64,000 nt of DNA from an uncultured virus (IMG/VR IMGVR_UViG_3300023184_000108) (lineage: Duplodnaviria; Heunggongvirae; Uroviricota; Caudoviricetes), in IMG/VR virus record IMGVR_UViG_3300023184_000108; one strand, given 5' to 3'. A model generated the notes under the pieces. That model worked only from the letters and a program-made list of their open reading frames with translations. It searched no databases and was not told the origin of the DNA. Below are positions 27,885-37,452 of this stretch, piece after piece (positions within the stretch are counted from its first letter, which is position 1; every line of letters begins with the position of its first letter). A program made the translations under genes and the position numbers.

Positions 27885-28792
27885 GGGGTCGCCATCCATA
27901 TGTAATCGTAGTGTGTGCCTTTATGTTGATAGAAGAACACTGCGTCAAGATTCTCGTCATACATATCAGCTATGGGGATATGTCCGTTTTGCATAGAATG
28001 TTTATCTTCATGTGCAAGCTTGGTCATTGTCATCACAGGAATAATCTCCGTACACTCGTCAACGCTTTTGTAGCGCTTAAACTGCTCAACGATTTCATAC
28101 TCTTTCTCCCCTGTGACTTTGACTTTGCCGACTATGAAGTGACCGAACGCATCCGCACCAATCATGTAGAAAGGATTGCTGAAAAACCGATCAACCTCTT
28201 CTAACTTCTTGACTCGTACTCTATCAGCTTCATTGTATTTGTCAAGTACCTTTTTACATTTAAGTGTGTCGACTGCTACATGATTACTACTAGGACTTTC
28301 CCCTAGAAACGAACAGAGTAAGGCATGAATCTCATCAGCAGAGAGTTCGTATGTTGCCTTGCCACTGTTGCCCATCGATTTCTCCATGATGTCCTTCGCA
28401 TCAACTAGCTTGCCCATTTTCTTGCCGATCAGCTTGTCAATAGTGATGACAGCTTCTACTCTGCTAAGTGTTGCCATCAGTGAAGATACTTTGGTGCTAC
28501 GCAAAGTCTGCTTGTCCTCGTCGCTACTGCCACGCTCTTTCTTGTAGTATGGTGTGCGATAGCAATACTCAAGCTTGTTGTCTGCGTTCATGTTGGTGTA
28601 CACCTTGCCCACCGCCATGCCATTGGTCAAGCACATCTGGAACGCTTGTTTGATACCGCCAAGCTCAGTCTCAGCTAAGACTTTCAAACCAAACTTGAAA
28701 CACATATCCCGTATCAACGGAGACGCGTCGCTGTTTCTGATACTTTGTTCAAGCTCTTCGCTTTCGAACCCTGCAAGAATATATCTACTCAT
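27878..28792 (-). CDS. Hypothetical protein
   Basis: 304-aa ORF with SD. Confidence 0.7.
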   Translation of the reverse strand: MSRYILAGFESEELEQSIRNSDASPLIRDMCFKFGLKVLAETELGGIKQAFQMCLTNGMAVGKVYTNMNADNKLEYCYRTPYYKKERGSSDEDKQTLRSTKVSSLMATLSRVEAVITIDKLIGKKMGKLVDAKDIMEKSMGNSGKATYELSADEIHALLCSFLGESPSSNHVAVDTLKCKKVLDKYNEADRVRVKKLEEVDRFFSNPFYMIGADAFGHFIVGKVKVTGEKEYEIVEQFKRYKSVDECTEIIPVMTMTKLAHEDKHSMQNGHIPIADMYDENLDAVFFYQHKGTHYDYIWMATPC

Positions 28793-28840
28793 GATCTCTC
28801 TCCCTTTCAGTTAGTGCCCCACGTTGCGGTGAGGCGTTGA

Positions 28841-29833
28841 TTAATACTGTTGAACAATCTCGCCATTGACCTCGATCTCGTACCCCCACACGCTTGGCGG
28901 ATACACCTCACCCATGCTGTACCGAATATCTTTGAATACCTCTCGATGTTCTTTGTAGATTCTGTTGTTCATGTTTCGCTTAAGATTCTCAAAGACCTCG
29001 ATCGGCTCAGTATGCCCCCAATGCGGGTGCATTATCTGCTGTTGAATTCTCCCTACATCCATCGCCACTGCATAAAGAATCATTGCATCAAGCGGTGCTT
29101 GATCTCGCAATGCGTCAGCGTATGCAAAGTCATCATGCTCTCCTTTATGTTCTTCAATAACTTCCTTGGCTGTTCGTAAAAACACATCTCTGTCCATCGC
29201 CTTGCACATGGTCTCGCTCACCTTGTAGAAGTGTTCGTATCCTGCAAGAACCTCTTTGCCCACCTTACGATCAACTTTTTTACCGATGACGACATACTCA
29301 TCCTTTGGGGTCATCCTGTCGTCAGTTGATAGTTTCATTCCCTTGTAGATCGGCGTGATTCTCTTCTTAAACCCCGCATAGGTTCCTTGCGTCCATATCA
29401 TCCCACCTCTGCGTGAGTCATTGTTGAACCATCCTGCGCTAAAGTCACTGAGGAACTTCTTTTCGCCTTGACCATATGGGTAGTTACCCTCGGCATTGAA
29501 CTCAAAGAATCCATCAGGTCGTGAAGTACCTAAGATATGAACAGGACGCTCGAACCTTATATACTCATGCGGAACACTGCTCGTGTACTCATGAATGTTC
29601 GTCTCACCCTTTGCTTTTCGTTCGTCATACTCTTCTTTAGTGATAGCGATTGATTGCCAATTAGTACCACACGTCACATCAAATACTTTTACGCCATCTT
29701 CTTCTCTGACATAAAAATTCTTTAAGTTATGACTACGGCTTGCGATTGGAAACCTATTCGTCGTACCACGAAACGGCTTCTCTACCTTTGTGATCTGCTC
29801 TAAACGCTTGTAGTCAAACCCAATCATCTTCAT
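28841..29833 (-). CDS. Hypothetical protein
   Basis: Long ORF; SD AAGGAG before MKMIGFDY. Confidence 0.7.
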   Translation of the reverse strand: MKMIGFDYKRLEQITKVEKPFRGTTNRFPIASRSHNLKNFYVREEDGVKVFDVTCGTNWQSIAITKEEYDERKAKGETNIHEYTSSVPHEYIRFERPVHILGTSRPDGFFEFNAEGNYPYGQGEKKFLSDFSAGWFNNDSRRGGMIWTQGTYAGFKKRITPIYKGMKLSTDDRMTPKDEYVVIGKKVDRKVGKEVLAGYEHFYKVSETMCKAMDRDVFLRTAKEVIEEHKGEHDDFAYADALRDQAPLDAMILYAVAMDVGRIQQQIMHPHWGHTEPIEVFENLKRNMNNRIYKEHREVFKDIRYSMGEVYPPSVWGYEIEVNGEIVQQY

Positions 29834-30095
29834 TCTCCTTTGTTGTTTCAGTTTCAGTAAGCCATGACACCCACTCAGTGTCATCAAGCCACGTCAACAC
29901 ATCCCGCCACAGTTGCGGGTTCTGTGTGTTGGTTGATAGTTTCTCTACACAATACAGATAAGCACTGTCCCCATAATCTTCTAACAGTTCTTGTGCTATC
30001 TGCTTGGACATCCGATGTTTGCTTTTTTCTGTCAAGCCATGCCTCCCATAAGTAGATTCAGCGAATTGAATCCCGAACAGCTTAATCATCGCCAA
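29814..30095 (-). CDS. Hypothetical protein
   Basis: Coupled ORF; start uncertain. Confidence 0.5.
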   Translation of the reverse strand: MAMIKLFGIQFAESTYGRHGLTEKSKHRMSKQIAQELLEDYGDSAYLYCVEKLSTNTQNPQLWRDVLTWLDDTEWVSWLTETETTKENEDDWV

Positions 30096-31359
30096 ACTTC
30101 ACCATCTTGCCGACAGGCGGCTCAAACGATTTGCACTGTGTCACCATCCACAGAGTTGGGCTAAGAATGTTCCATGTGATGTCGCTCTCAACATAGCCAT
30201 CAGTGAAAACAATGACACACTCCGCAGTGATACGCTGTTTATTGATGTACTCGTTGACGCATGACACATGAGTACCACCACCGCCTTGTGGCTTGAGCAG
30301 TCCTGCAATGTTTGCATAGTCACCCTCGAACACTTGCTCACCATGCACATCCGTATCCCACCACAAAACACGCACCTTGTCAGGCGAACACATTTCGCAA
30401 ATAGAGACCAGTTCCGTAGCAAACTCGGTTATCTCTCGGCCACCAATAGAACCCGATGTGTCAATAGCGATAACCACCTCACCGATCGTCTCGTTCTCCA
30501 TGCTTGGCAAGTAGATGTCATTGACCATGTGACGCTTGTTCAACTTACGCCATGTGAATTCATCCTTGCCCTTGATGGCACTCGCTACAAAATCTCTCAG
30601 CGCATCACGCCAATCAATCTTGGGTTCAAGTAAGTCAGAGATAGATCGTGGGACTTTTGCACCCATACGACCCGCCAACATCCCACCCTCACGCAACGCT
30701 TTGTCGATTGCATCGTTGATCTCTTTGGCTTGCTCATGCGTAAGATCTTTCAGGTTACCAAGATCGTGTTCATCTGAGTCAGAAAGATCATAGGTCTTGC
30801 CGTTGACAGTGACAGTGTTGTCGTCGCTATCTTGTCCCTCACCATCGGGTGAGCCCTTACCTTTCTTGTTACCGCCACCACCGCCACCGCCACCGCCACC
30901 TTTGCAATGCTTCTTCAGATAGTTGTATACCTCACGCATAGACCAATTCTCAAACATGGGGTCATACACACCGCCATCAGGTAAGTCCACGATACGTTCG
31001 GACGAACCATTGACTGTGCCTTTAATGCCCATGATGATGCCGTTCACCACAAAGTCAGCGGCAAGGTTTGCCATCTTGCTGTTCTCATCAAACATATCCT
31101 TACCTCTTGGCAACTGCTTCAATGCCACATGAAGATTCTCATGCAACACCAAGCCACGAACCTTGGGCTCGGTGTCAACCCTCTCCAAGAACTTGCGACC
31201 ATAGACCTTGTTCACGCCATCGGTGTATGCCGTAGGACATCCTTCATCCACGACTGTGCTTTTGCCCATCAACATCACGCCAGAATACAGCGCAGTCTCG
31301 GGGTGTTTCATCAGCGCAATGTGCGCTTTCTTTACTCGGGTTTCCTGTTTATCTTTCAT
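30082..31359 (-). CDS. Metallopeptidase plus VWA-like domain protein (DUF2201-like)
   Basis: TAYTDG, LHENLH (HExxH), Gly-rich linker, IDTSGS MIDAS, GGGGT, FTDG. Confidence 0.85.
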   Translation of the reverse strand: MKDKQETRVKKAHIALMKHPETALYSGVMLMGKSTVVDEGCPTAYTDGVNKVYGRKFLERVDTEPKVRGLVLHENLHVALKQLPRGKDMFDENSKMANLAADFVVNGIIMGIKGTVNGSSERIVDLPDGGVYDPMFENWSMREVYNYLKKHCKGGGGGGGGGGNKKGKGSPDGEGQDSDDNTVTVNGKTYDLSDSDEHDLGNLKDLTHEQAKEINDAIDKALREGGMLAGRMGAKVPRSISDLLEPKIDWRDALRDFVASAIKGKDEFTWRKLNKRHMVNDIYLPSMENETIGEVVIAIDTSGSIGGREITEFATELVSICEMCSPDKVRVLWWDTDVHGEQVFEGDYANIAGLLKPQGGGGTHVSCVNEYINKQRITAECVIVFTDGYVESDITWNILSPTLWMVTQCKSFEPPVGKMVKFGDD

Positions 31360-31442
31360 CCCACTCTCCAATAAAAAACATCTAACACAACAACGACCAT
31401 TGCTACAACGTAGACAATAGCCAACCATTTAGTTTCGCTCAT
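31356..31442 (-). CDS. Small single-TM peptide (28 aa, not in ORF track)
   Basis: MSETKWLAIVYVVAMVVVVLDVFYWRVG; ATGA overlaps at both ends. Confidence 0.55.
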   Translation of the reverse strand: MSETKWLAIVYVVAMVVVVLDVFYWRVG

Positions 31443-31636
31443 GATTTCACATCCATAAATTCAAAGCCCTCATCAGTCTCAACGACTTTCATCTTGCCGT
31501 TAGCAATGCGAGACAACAACTCCCCTGTCATGCGCTTGTGCATATACAACTCAGCCTTCAACTTGAAGTACCAAAATGTCATGAAACAAAACGCAACGAA
31601 CAAAGTCATTTCCAACTCAGTAATAGTTATCATCAT
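31439..31636 (-). CDS. Small membrane protein
   Basis: N-terminal TM segment; SD AAGGAG. Confidence 0.6.
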   Translation of the reverse strand: MMITITELEMTLFVAFCFMTFWYFKLKAELYMHKRMTGELLSRIANGKMKVVETDEGFEFMDVKS

Positions 31637-31644
31637 TCAACTCC

Positions 31645-32763
31645 TTAAAATAATTCGTGATTGTTCTTAGCCCACTCAGCGATCTTTGCGTTGTTTCTTG
31701 CAAGGCGCACTGCCTTGGGACTACGCATCATCATGGTGAAGAACACCGCTTGCACTTCGCTAGAGTTAATACGTTCTACGAATTCCATAAACGATGTCAA
31801 CTCATCTTGCGTCGCCAATGTATCTACTGCTTGAAACATAATCATCAACTGTGCTGATATGTCTTTCGGCATGGTCACAGACTTAGGACTCTTAATGATG
31901 TCCTTAACATCCATCAATGATTTCTCCAACGACATGAAAGCCGCCATGTCTCCCGCCGCTGACGCACCGATCGTGCCTGCCAATGCGACCATAGTTGCGT
32001 TCTCACCGATCACATCACGATGCTTCACGATCACATCACACTTCGCCAATGAACGAGGGGAACAGAACGACAACGTGCCCGAGCTTGGCTTGAAGATGTA
32101 TGGATTGTCTTTCTGAGCATCGCCCTCTGTGTAGGACGCCATGACCCGAGGGAACATCGCAACGAACGCCCGAACAACCCGAGAGATTCCATTGGCTGAC
32201 GCCCATGTCAACCACTCATCAGCAGTAGGCTTTGCCATACGCACGATGCACACACGATTACCTGCGTGAGCCAACATCGCATCACCCACGCCATCGCTCG
32301 CATTGTTCGATGTCGCAATGATTGCCGACCCAGTAGGCAGTGGGTCGTCACCTACTGATCTCTCCAACATCAAGCGGGTATAGATCACTTGCATGAGCTT
32401 GGGAGACTTCATCAACTCGTCAAGCAAGATGTACTTGGGCTTGTCGCTTTTCATATTGAACAACTCAGCGACGTAGTACTCAAGGGTCTTCGACGCATGG
32501 TTAGGAATAGTCATACCAATGTCCGACATATCCTTGACAGGACAGTCCACATATATGTAGTCATACTTGTCGCCCTCGATGTTTGTACCATCCTTGGGGC
32601 TACGCCATTTGTCGCCGTTGTCTGCGGCTATCATAGATAACAGCGACGTCTTACCACACCCGGGCTCAGACTGCACGACCACTGTCAGCTCTGATGCTAT
32701 TAGCGGAATCATTTTCCGCAACTCGTTGATGGACACTGTATTGATGAAATTCATTTTGCTCAT
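31645..32763 (-). CDS. MoxR-like AAA+ ATPase
   Basis: SEPGCGKTS Walker A, LLDEL Walker B, ATSN sensor, NR finger, SPRS; adjacent to VWA gene. Confidence 0.85.
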   Translation of the reverse strand: MSKMNFINTVSINELRKMIPLIASELTVVVQSEPGCGKTSLLSMIAADNGDKWRSPKDGTNIEGDKYDYIYVDCPVKDMSDIGMTIPNHASKTLEYYVAELFNMKSDKPKYILLDELMKSPKLMQVIYTRLMLERSVGDDPLPTGSAIIATSNNASDGVGDAMLAHAGNRVCIVRMAKPTADEWLTWASANGISRVVRAFVAMFPRVMASYTEGDAQKDNPYIFKPSSGTLSFCSPRSLAKCDVIVKHRDVIGENATMVALAGTIGASAAGDMAAFMSLEKSLMDVKDIIKSPKSVTMPKDISAQLMIMFQAVDTLATQDELTSFMEFVERINSSEVQAVFFTMMMRSPKAVRLARNNAKIAEWAKNNHELF

Positions 32764-32778
32764 TTGATTACCCCTTGA

Positions 32779-33699
32779 TTAAACACATTGAAAAGAACTG
32801 AACTTACTCAGGATGCTGTCAACATCCTCCTTCACACTCGAACGCACTGCGTCACTCTCACGAATGTCCTTTGCCGATACATCAGCCAACGCTCTCTCAA
32901 GCGATGCTCGGGCTAACTCCAATTCTGGATCTGCGCTTAGGTTGAAACCCTTAAAGGTCTCGCACATCTCCAACGCTTTCTGTATCGTGGTGTCATAGAT
33001 CTTGCGCTTGCGGGTCTTGGTCTCGCCTGTGTTGTCATCAACACCAAGCTCGTCAACACCGCAACAATGACTGATCGACTCCATGACCTCAACGAACCTT
33101 GTTTTCTGTGTCATGACAACATGAGACACTATTTCCTCCGCTTGCTTGCTGTATGTCGCAAACAAATCATCAGCGATGTCAGACGCAATGCCACAACGGA
33201 AATCACTCATCGGAACTTCGGACACATACAAGTGCACACCGAACTTCGCTTGCAACTCATCGACCGCAGGGTAGTCGTCTCGGTTGAACATATCACCCGC
33301 CTTGAACGCCATGTCAGACACGATCGAACTGTATGACGCAATGAAATCATCAACCAACTTGTCGAATGTCGCTTGATGCTCGCCGAACTCCTGCTTGAAC
33401 CTAGGTACGTCAACGCTTGGTAACAGATCGTTCGCATCGTTCCAACGATAAGTCCTGCGCTTCGTCCAGTTATAGATTGTTTGCCGATAGTTGACGATCG
33501 CCTTGTGCTTGGGATGATCTGCCAATAGATTCTTGACATACTTACCCGCATTGCGATTAGCTCGCTTTGAGTCAGCAACATCATTGCTGATGCCCCTGTC
33601 CTGCTTCGTTGCCGACCACACATGGGTGTCGATGGATACCAACACCGCCGATGATGCCAAGCTGATGAGATGCTTGGGCTTTTGCAATTCCATGTTCAT
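32779..33699 (-). CDS. Conserved hypothetical protein (DUF3150-like)
   Basis: Helical protein upstream of AAA/VWA pair; FNRDDYP motif; SD AGGAG. Confidence 0.6.
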   Translation of the reverse strand: MNMELQKPKHLISLASSAVLVSIDTHVWSATKQDRGISNDVADSKRANRNAGKYVKNLLADHPKHKAIVNYRQTIYNWTKRRTYRWNDANDLLPSVDVPRFKQEFGEHQATFDKLVDDFIASYSSIVSDMAFKAGDMFNRDDYPAVDELQAKFGVHLYVSEVPMSDFRCGIASDIADDLFATYSKQAEEIVSHVVMTQKTRFVEVMESISHCCGVDELGVDDNTGETKTRKRKIYDTTIQKALEMCETFKGFNLSADPELELARASLERALADVSAKDIRESDAVRSSVKEDVDSILSKFSSFQCV

Positions 33700-33723
33700 A
33701 ACACTTCTCCTTTTAAAATCAAA

Positions 33724-33752
33724 TATCACGATTGCGTGAGACACTGATTAAG
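33724..33752. promoter_or_regulatory. Operator-like box TCTCAC-N6-GTGAGA-CACTAATTA, copy 1
   Basis: TATCAC-GATTGC-GTGAGA-CACTGATTAAG; four 29-bp copies in the control region. Confidence 0.65.
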
Positions 33753-33785
33753 ATGCTGTCTTGCTTGCTTCTCAACCATGACATA

Positions 33786-33814
33786 AGTATAGCATAACTA
33801 TACCTATGAGTCAA
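33786..33814 (-). promoter_or_regulatory. Sigma70-like promoter
   Basis: TTGACT-N17-TATACT on the - strand. Confidence 0.8.
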
Positions 33815-33854
33815 CCCCTTTGCGTAACTTTTTTGCATAAGCGATGCCAGTTAT

Positions 33855-34277
33855 TTACCAGTCTCTCTCGATCGATCGATGCACTTGTATCCAGTCAAAG
33901 TCATAGTCTCCACCGCACTTCTCCTCGATGTCGTCGTTCTGTTCACCGATACGCACGAACACATAGGCGATCTCGGATTGGTTGTCCTCGTCGTTCGCCC
34001 ACTCGTCGGCAAGGTCGATCAGCGCTTCGTGGCACTTCACATCGTCGTAGTCGGAATACCACTTCACATGGTCGGCAGAGAAATTAATACGGAATCGTCC
34101 CTCGTCTACGATGAACCCATTACCTCCACTCCAGTTCTTTTGTTCTTCAGTGAAACATGGGGCGGTAGCTGCCCTCGCCTTAGCTTCAGCTATGAATGTA
34201 TAGAACGATTGCTTGGCTCGTTCGTCGTCAGTTGTGAACCTGATCGTGTACGCTAGTTCTGATCTGTATCCCATCAC
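33855..34277 (-). CDS. Hypothetical protein
   Basis: MGYRS..VKWY..FVRIGE..DDIEE motif. Confidence 0.7.
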   Translation of the reverse strand: MMGYRSELAYTIRFTTDDERAKQSFYTFIAEAKARAATAPCFTEEQKNWSGGNGFIVDEGRFRINFSADHVKWYSDYDDVKCHEALIDLADEWANDEDNQSEIAYVFVRIGEQNDDIEEKCGGDYDFDWIQVHRSIERDW

Positions 34278-34597
34278 ATATCTCCTATTGCTTTAGCTAA
34301 AAGAATCATCAACTCCTCGTCGGTCTGATACCCATGTGGCTCGTCCTCGTCCTCGAACATCACCTCGTATGGCGCATCTATCGTTGAATAAAACAACTGT
34401 CCACATACCACGCTCACTTCAGTCCCATTTGGGAACACGTACTTGGCGTAGTAATGACCTCCTATCTTGCTTTCAATATCACCGCCAATGGGGTGTCGCC
34501 CTCCCTCAGTTATGAATTCATCGTATGGTAGGCACGGCTTGTCCCTGTCGATCGGCAGAAAGACTGCTTCCATGTGTGTCATGTCATCTCGGTTCAT
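34274..34597 (-). CDS. Hypothetical protein
   Basis: FPNG..VSVV..YEV motif; coupled. Confidence 0.65.
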   Translation of the reverse strand: MNRDDMTHMEAVFLPIDRDKPCLPYDEFITEGGRHPIGGDIESKIGGHYYAKYVFPNGTEVSVVCGQLFYSTIDAPYEVMFEDEDEPHGYQTDEELMILLAKAIGDM

Positions 34598-34824
34598 CAG
34601 ATCACCTTGTTTAGTTTGTCCAACACATACTCACGCATAAGGGCATACGCCTTGTCCTTACGTCCCTCCCTGTCGTGTAACCATATCTTTGTCAGCACCT
34701 CGTTGTCGCCCAAGGTCACCCCATCTGTACCTCGTTCTTTTAACTCTTCGAGCAAGTCATCGGTATCAAACTCGCTCAGGTCAACGTCAATATCAACCTC
34801 TGTTGTTATCGTTCTGTATGTCAT
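34597..34824 (-). CDS. Hypothetical acidic protein
   Basis: VDLSEFDTDDLLEELKERG; SD GGAGG. Confidence 0.65.
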   Translation of the reverse strand: MTYRTITTEVDIDVDLSEFDTDDLLEELKERGTDGVTLGDNEVLTKIWLHDREGRKDKAYALMREYVLDKLNKVI

Positions 34825-35042
34825 AGCGTTCCTCCTTTGTGTGATGAATTAAGTCCTTTGAGTAAGGACAAGTCCGTTACTAATATGTAATTCGATTTCG
34901 GCATGGGCACGACTGTTCGCACAGTTTGCTTGGCAAGTTGCTCCCCGCATGGCATACAAAGCTTGTAACCAATAGCCCACCGCTTCGTGGGGTACTGATC
35001 GCCGCAGTTGCGACATTCTGGTGTGTGATTAGATTTACTCAT
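34821..35042 (-). CDS. C4 Zn-finger protein (DksA/TraR-like finger)
   Basis: CRNCG..R..G..LCMPCGE. Confidence 0.65.
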   Translation of the reverse strand: MSKSNHTPECRNCGDQYPTKRWAIGYKLCMPCGEQLAKQTVRTVVPMPKSNYILVTDLSLLKGLNSSHKGGTL

Positions 35043-35265
35043 GGTTGAAGTCCTCCTCTTGTAATGGCGGTAAGGTCATCGCTTCTTGCATCATGAACCA
35101 CACATCGCCAAAAGACTCCATGCTCTCTGACCCAAGGCAAGGCGCACCGAAACTCTCAGGCTTGCCGTCCACGCTGTACACCACCTCCTGTATGCAATAC
35201 CAATCCTCACCGCCATTGGCAGTCTTAGTGTTGACAATGCGGTAGTTCCAAAAGAAATCATTCAT
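35035..35265 (-). CDS. Hypothetical protein
   Basis: WNYRIV..IQEVVY..DGKP motif; SD AGGAG. Confidence 0.65.
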   Translation of the reverse strand: MNDFFWNYRIVNTKTANGGEDWYCIQEVVYSVDGKPESFGAPCLGSESMESFGDVWFMMQEAMTLPPLQEEDFNHE

Positions 35266-35267
35266 GT

Positions 35268-35606
35268 TCACTCTCCTGTGTAAGTTGACTCGTCGTGCAT
35301 GATCTCGACCACATACCAATCGTCGGGTTCCTCAGCGCCAAGTGCTTCATCGCCCATCGTGCATATCCAACACTCATAGAACGCCAACGACCTATCGGTG
35401 TAGCTACGCTGTGGAAAGCCATTCTTCATCAGCAAATAAACTTTGTACTCAGGTTGAACACTAACCACCGGCAGGCTCATCTGATGAGCTTGCAGTTCAT
35501 CCAGTTCAGCTTGAAGTTCCTCTGCTGTTGGCTTGAAGTTAGCCAAGAGGATTTGCAGTTCCTCATCGTTGTCGATGTCGATCAATAGATCTTTCATACG
35601 TCCCAT
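35268..35606 (-). CDS. Hypothetical protein
   Basis: MGRMKDLLID start; SD AAGGAG. Confidence 0.65.
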   Translation of the reverse strand: MGRMKDLLIDIDNDEELQILLANFKPTAEELQAELDELQAHQMSLPVVSVQPEYKVYLLMKNGFPQRSYTDRSLAFYECWICTMGDEALGAEEPDDWYVVEIMHDESTYTGE

Positions 35607-35630
35607 AATATTCTCCTTGATGATGTGTAA

Positions 35631-35924
35631 TTAAATGATGTCGTAGCCAGTGCAAAACTGGAACAACTCGGTCTCGGTCATGGGCTCGGTAATGGTCAAG
35701 CCCTCATGCTCGTTGTCAATATCTCCGAACTCGTCGTGGTCGTAACCTCTGTCCAAGAACTCTAAATTCTGATTGAAGTACGCATCGGTAAGCAGTGCAT
35801 CACGACGCAGTGACTCGGTAAGGTCGGTTTGCGCGGTGTTGTAAGCAATGCGGGGTTTGTGCAAGCGAATGATGGGACGCTTGATGGATGCGGGAAGCAT
35901 CGGGGCTACAAAACACATTTTCAT
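35631..35924 (-). CDS. Hypothetical protein (first gene after early promoter)
   Basis: SD AGGAG; acidic C-terminus. Confidence 0.6.
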   Translation of the reverse strand: MKMCFVAPMLPASIKRPIIRLHKPRIAYNTAQTDLTESLRRDALLTDAYFNQNLEFLDRGYDHDEFGDIDNEHEGLTITEPMTETELFQFCTGYDII

Positions 35925-35956
35925 GACTCTCTCCTAAAGGTCTGACATTGTTGAAA

Positions 35957-35985
35957 TCTCACGATGTTGTGAGAAACTAATTAAG
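35957..35985. promoter_or_regulatory. Operator-like box, copy 2
   Basis: TCTCAC-GATGTT-GTGAGA-AACTAATTAAG. Confidence 0.65.
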
Positions 35986-36019
35986 ATCGTTGATGGCTTT
36001 CATCTTCGACCCAGTTATA

Positions 36020-36048
36020 AGTATAACAGAACTTGACGTATAGGTCAA
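36020..36048 (-). promoter_or_regulatory. Sigma70-like promoter
   Basis: TTGACC-N17-TATACT on the - strand. Confidence 0.8.
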
Positions 36049-36079
36049 GCCCTTAGCTAAAATAGTTAATCAGCGTGTT

Positions 36080-36451
36080 TGTTCTATCTGTTCTGCGTTT
36101 GTTCTATTTTCCTATGTATAGTTAGAACAAAAATGAGTATTACTTTTCTGCTTGAAGTATGTGTTTCTGTAAGGAGAAGTATTATTATTTTATAAAATAG
36201 AAAGAAAGAAATGAAACTTGTTCTAATGTTCTACTGATTTTAGATAGGATACGGTTTTATTTTTGATTTTTGCTACATGACTTTGCACTCGGCAGGTAAG
36301 TCTTGCGAACAGAAAAATCTTTAAAAATCCGACCCCTATGCCAAAAAACGTAGAACATTAGAACAAAAACTTTTTCTTCAATGCTGACAAGGACTTACGA
36401 GGGTTTTTCTGTTCTACTCGACCCCATTTGTTCTACTCATTTTTTAGAACA
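36080..36451. repeat. AT-rich iteron-like region, putative replication origin
   Basis: Ten copies of TGTTCTA/TAGAACA; perfect 17-bp inverted repeat at 36218-36234 / 36350-36366. Confidence 0.55.
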
Positions 36452-36521
36452 TGTAAAGTTAGCAGGCTTTGCGCGATCAAATGCGTCAGCTAATTTTCTC
36501 AGAAAGTATGTGGAGTGGGAA

Positions 36522-36550
36522 TCTCACGATGTCGTGAGACACTAATTAGC
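36522..36550. promoter_or_regulatory. Operator-like box, copy 3
   Basis: TCTCAC-GATGTC-GTGAGA-CACTAATTAGC. Confidence 0.65.
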
Positions 36551-36614
36551 GTTGTCCACTCATCAGCTACGCATATCAGAACTGACGCATACGCTTAATC
36601 ACGCGCGCGACCAC

Positions 36615-36631
36615 AAATAACTGGTATCAAA
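36615..36631. promoter_or_regulatory. Repeated 17-bp box AAATAACTGGTATCAAA, copy 2
   Basis: Identical to the copy at 37520; about 10 nt past a terminator. Confidence 0.6.
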
Positions 36632-36641
36632 ATAGCGGGAC

Positions 36642-36680
36642 AAAAAAAAGCCCCGTCAGGCTTTTGACCTGACGGGGCTT
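36642..36680 (-). terminator. Intrinsic terminator
   Basis: GCCCCGTCAGG-N7-CCTGACGGGGC stem plus U8 on the - strand. Confidence 0.9.
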
Positions 36681-36686
36681 AGTGGT

Positions 36687-37361
36687 TTAGGCTTTCCAAA
36701 TTGCTAGAAATGCCGCCAATGCTTTATTGAATTTATCCTGATTCGCAGTGCTGTCTTTTACAGATATGCACTTCGCTAGTTTAGTTTTTAGATCATCAAA
36801 GGTTTTATCTACTGTTTCAGCAAAATCTAGGTTTGCTTTGCGCTTACCCTTTGCACCGCCTGAGACAATGCGCTTTGCTTCTTTGACCAAATCATTCCAA
36901 CGATTCGAGCAAAAAGCCTTGGACTTTTCACGCCATTCGCTGATAACAGCATGGTAAGTAGGACGATCATTTTTGAGTTTGCCGAATTCGTGTGTCGTGT
37001 AATTTGTTGCCAAAATCACGCCGATTTCGATTTTCTCTTTTACTTTGCTTTGTTGATCGGGGTCAAGTGTATCAAGTGGAATATAATTATCTCCAATGAC
37101 AGCATAAGTGACGGGCACGTGTTTCTTCATTTGAGAGAATTTCAAACGATACCCCTCGGTGATTTCGTCCTTGATTTTTTGATCGGGCGTGAAATCGGGT
37201 GTGCCAAAACCTTTGACATTTTCGATCATGTAGTAAGCAAAATCTTCAAGTGTTTCAGCCCCTCCAGCTTGTTTATAAGCCCCGTCCTTGAAGGACAGAA
37301 TCTCATTAGTTGAACCAAGGGGTGTAGCTACTGCTACGGGTTTGCGTGTTGCCATGTTCAT
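36687..37361 (-). CDS. Early hypothetical protein (monocistronic)
   Basis: Has its own promoter, SD AGGAG and terminator. Confidence 0.7.
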   Translation of the reverse strand: MNMATRKPVAVATPLGSTNEILSFKDGAYKQAGGAETLEDFAYYMIENVKGFGTPDFTPDQKIKDEITEGYRLKFSQMKKHVPVTYAVIGDNYIPLDTLDPDQQSKVKEKIEIGVILATNYTTHEFGKLKNDRPTYHAVISEWREKSKAFCSNRWNDLVKEAKRIVSGGAKGKRKANLDFAETVDKTFDDLKTKLAKCISVKDSTANQDKFNKALAAFLAIWKA

Positions 37362-37421
37362 ATCTCCTAAAAATGAACGATTACAGAATATCAGTTAACC
37401 GAATTGCTAACTGATGAATAG

Positions 37422-37450
37422 ATATTATCTTAACTGACGGGCTAAGTCAA
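37422..37450 (-). promoter_or_regulatory. Sigma70-like promoter
   Basis: TTGACT-N17-TAATAT on the - strand. Confidence 0.65.
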
Positions 37451-37452
37451 TT

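Noticed and set aside
30870..30900. CCACCG/CCGCCA microsatellite as a phase-variation tract
   Set aside because: It simply encodes the poly-Gly linker in frame with mixed codons
33868..33879. TCGATCGATCGA palindrome
   Set aside because: Short, low-complexity and inside a coding sequence
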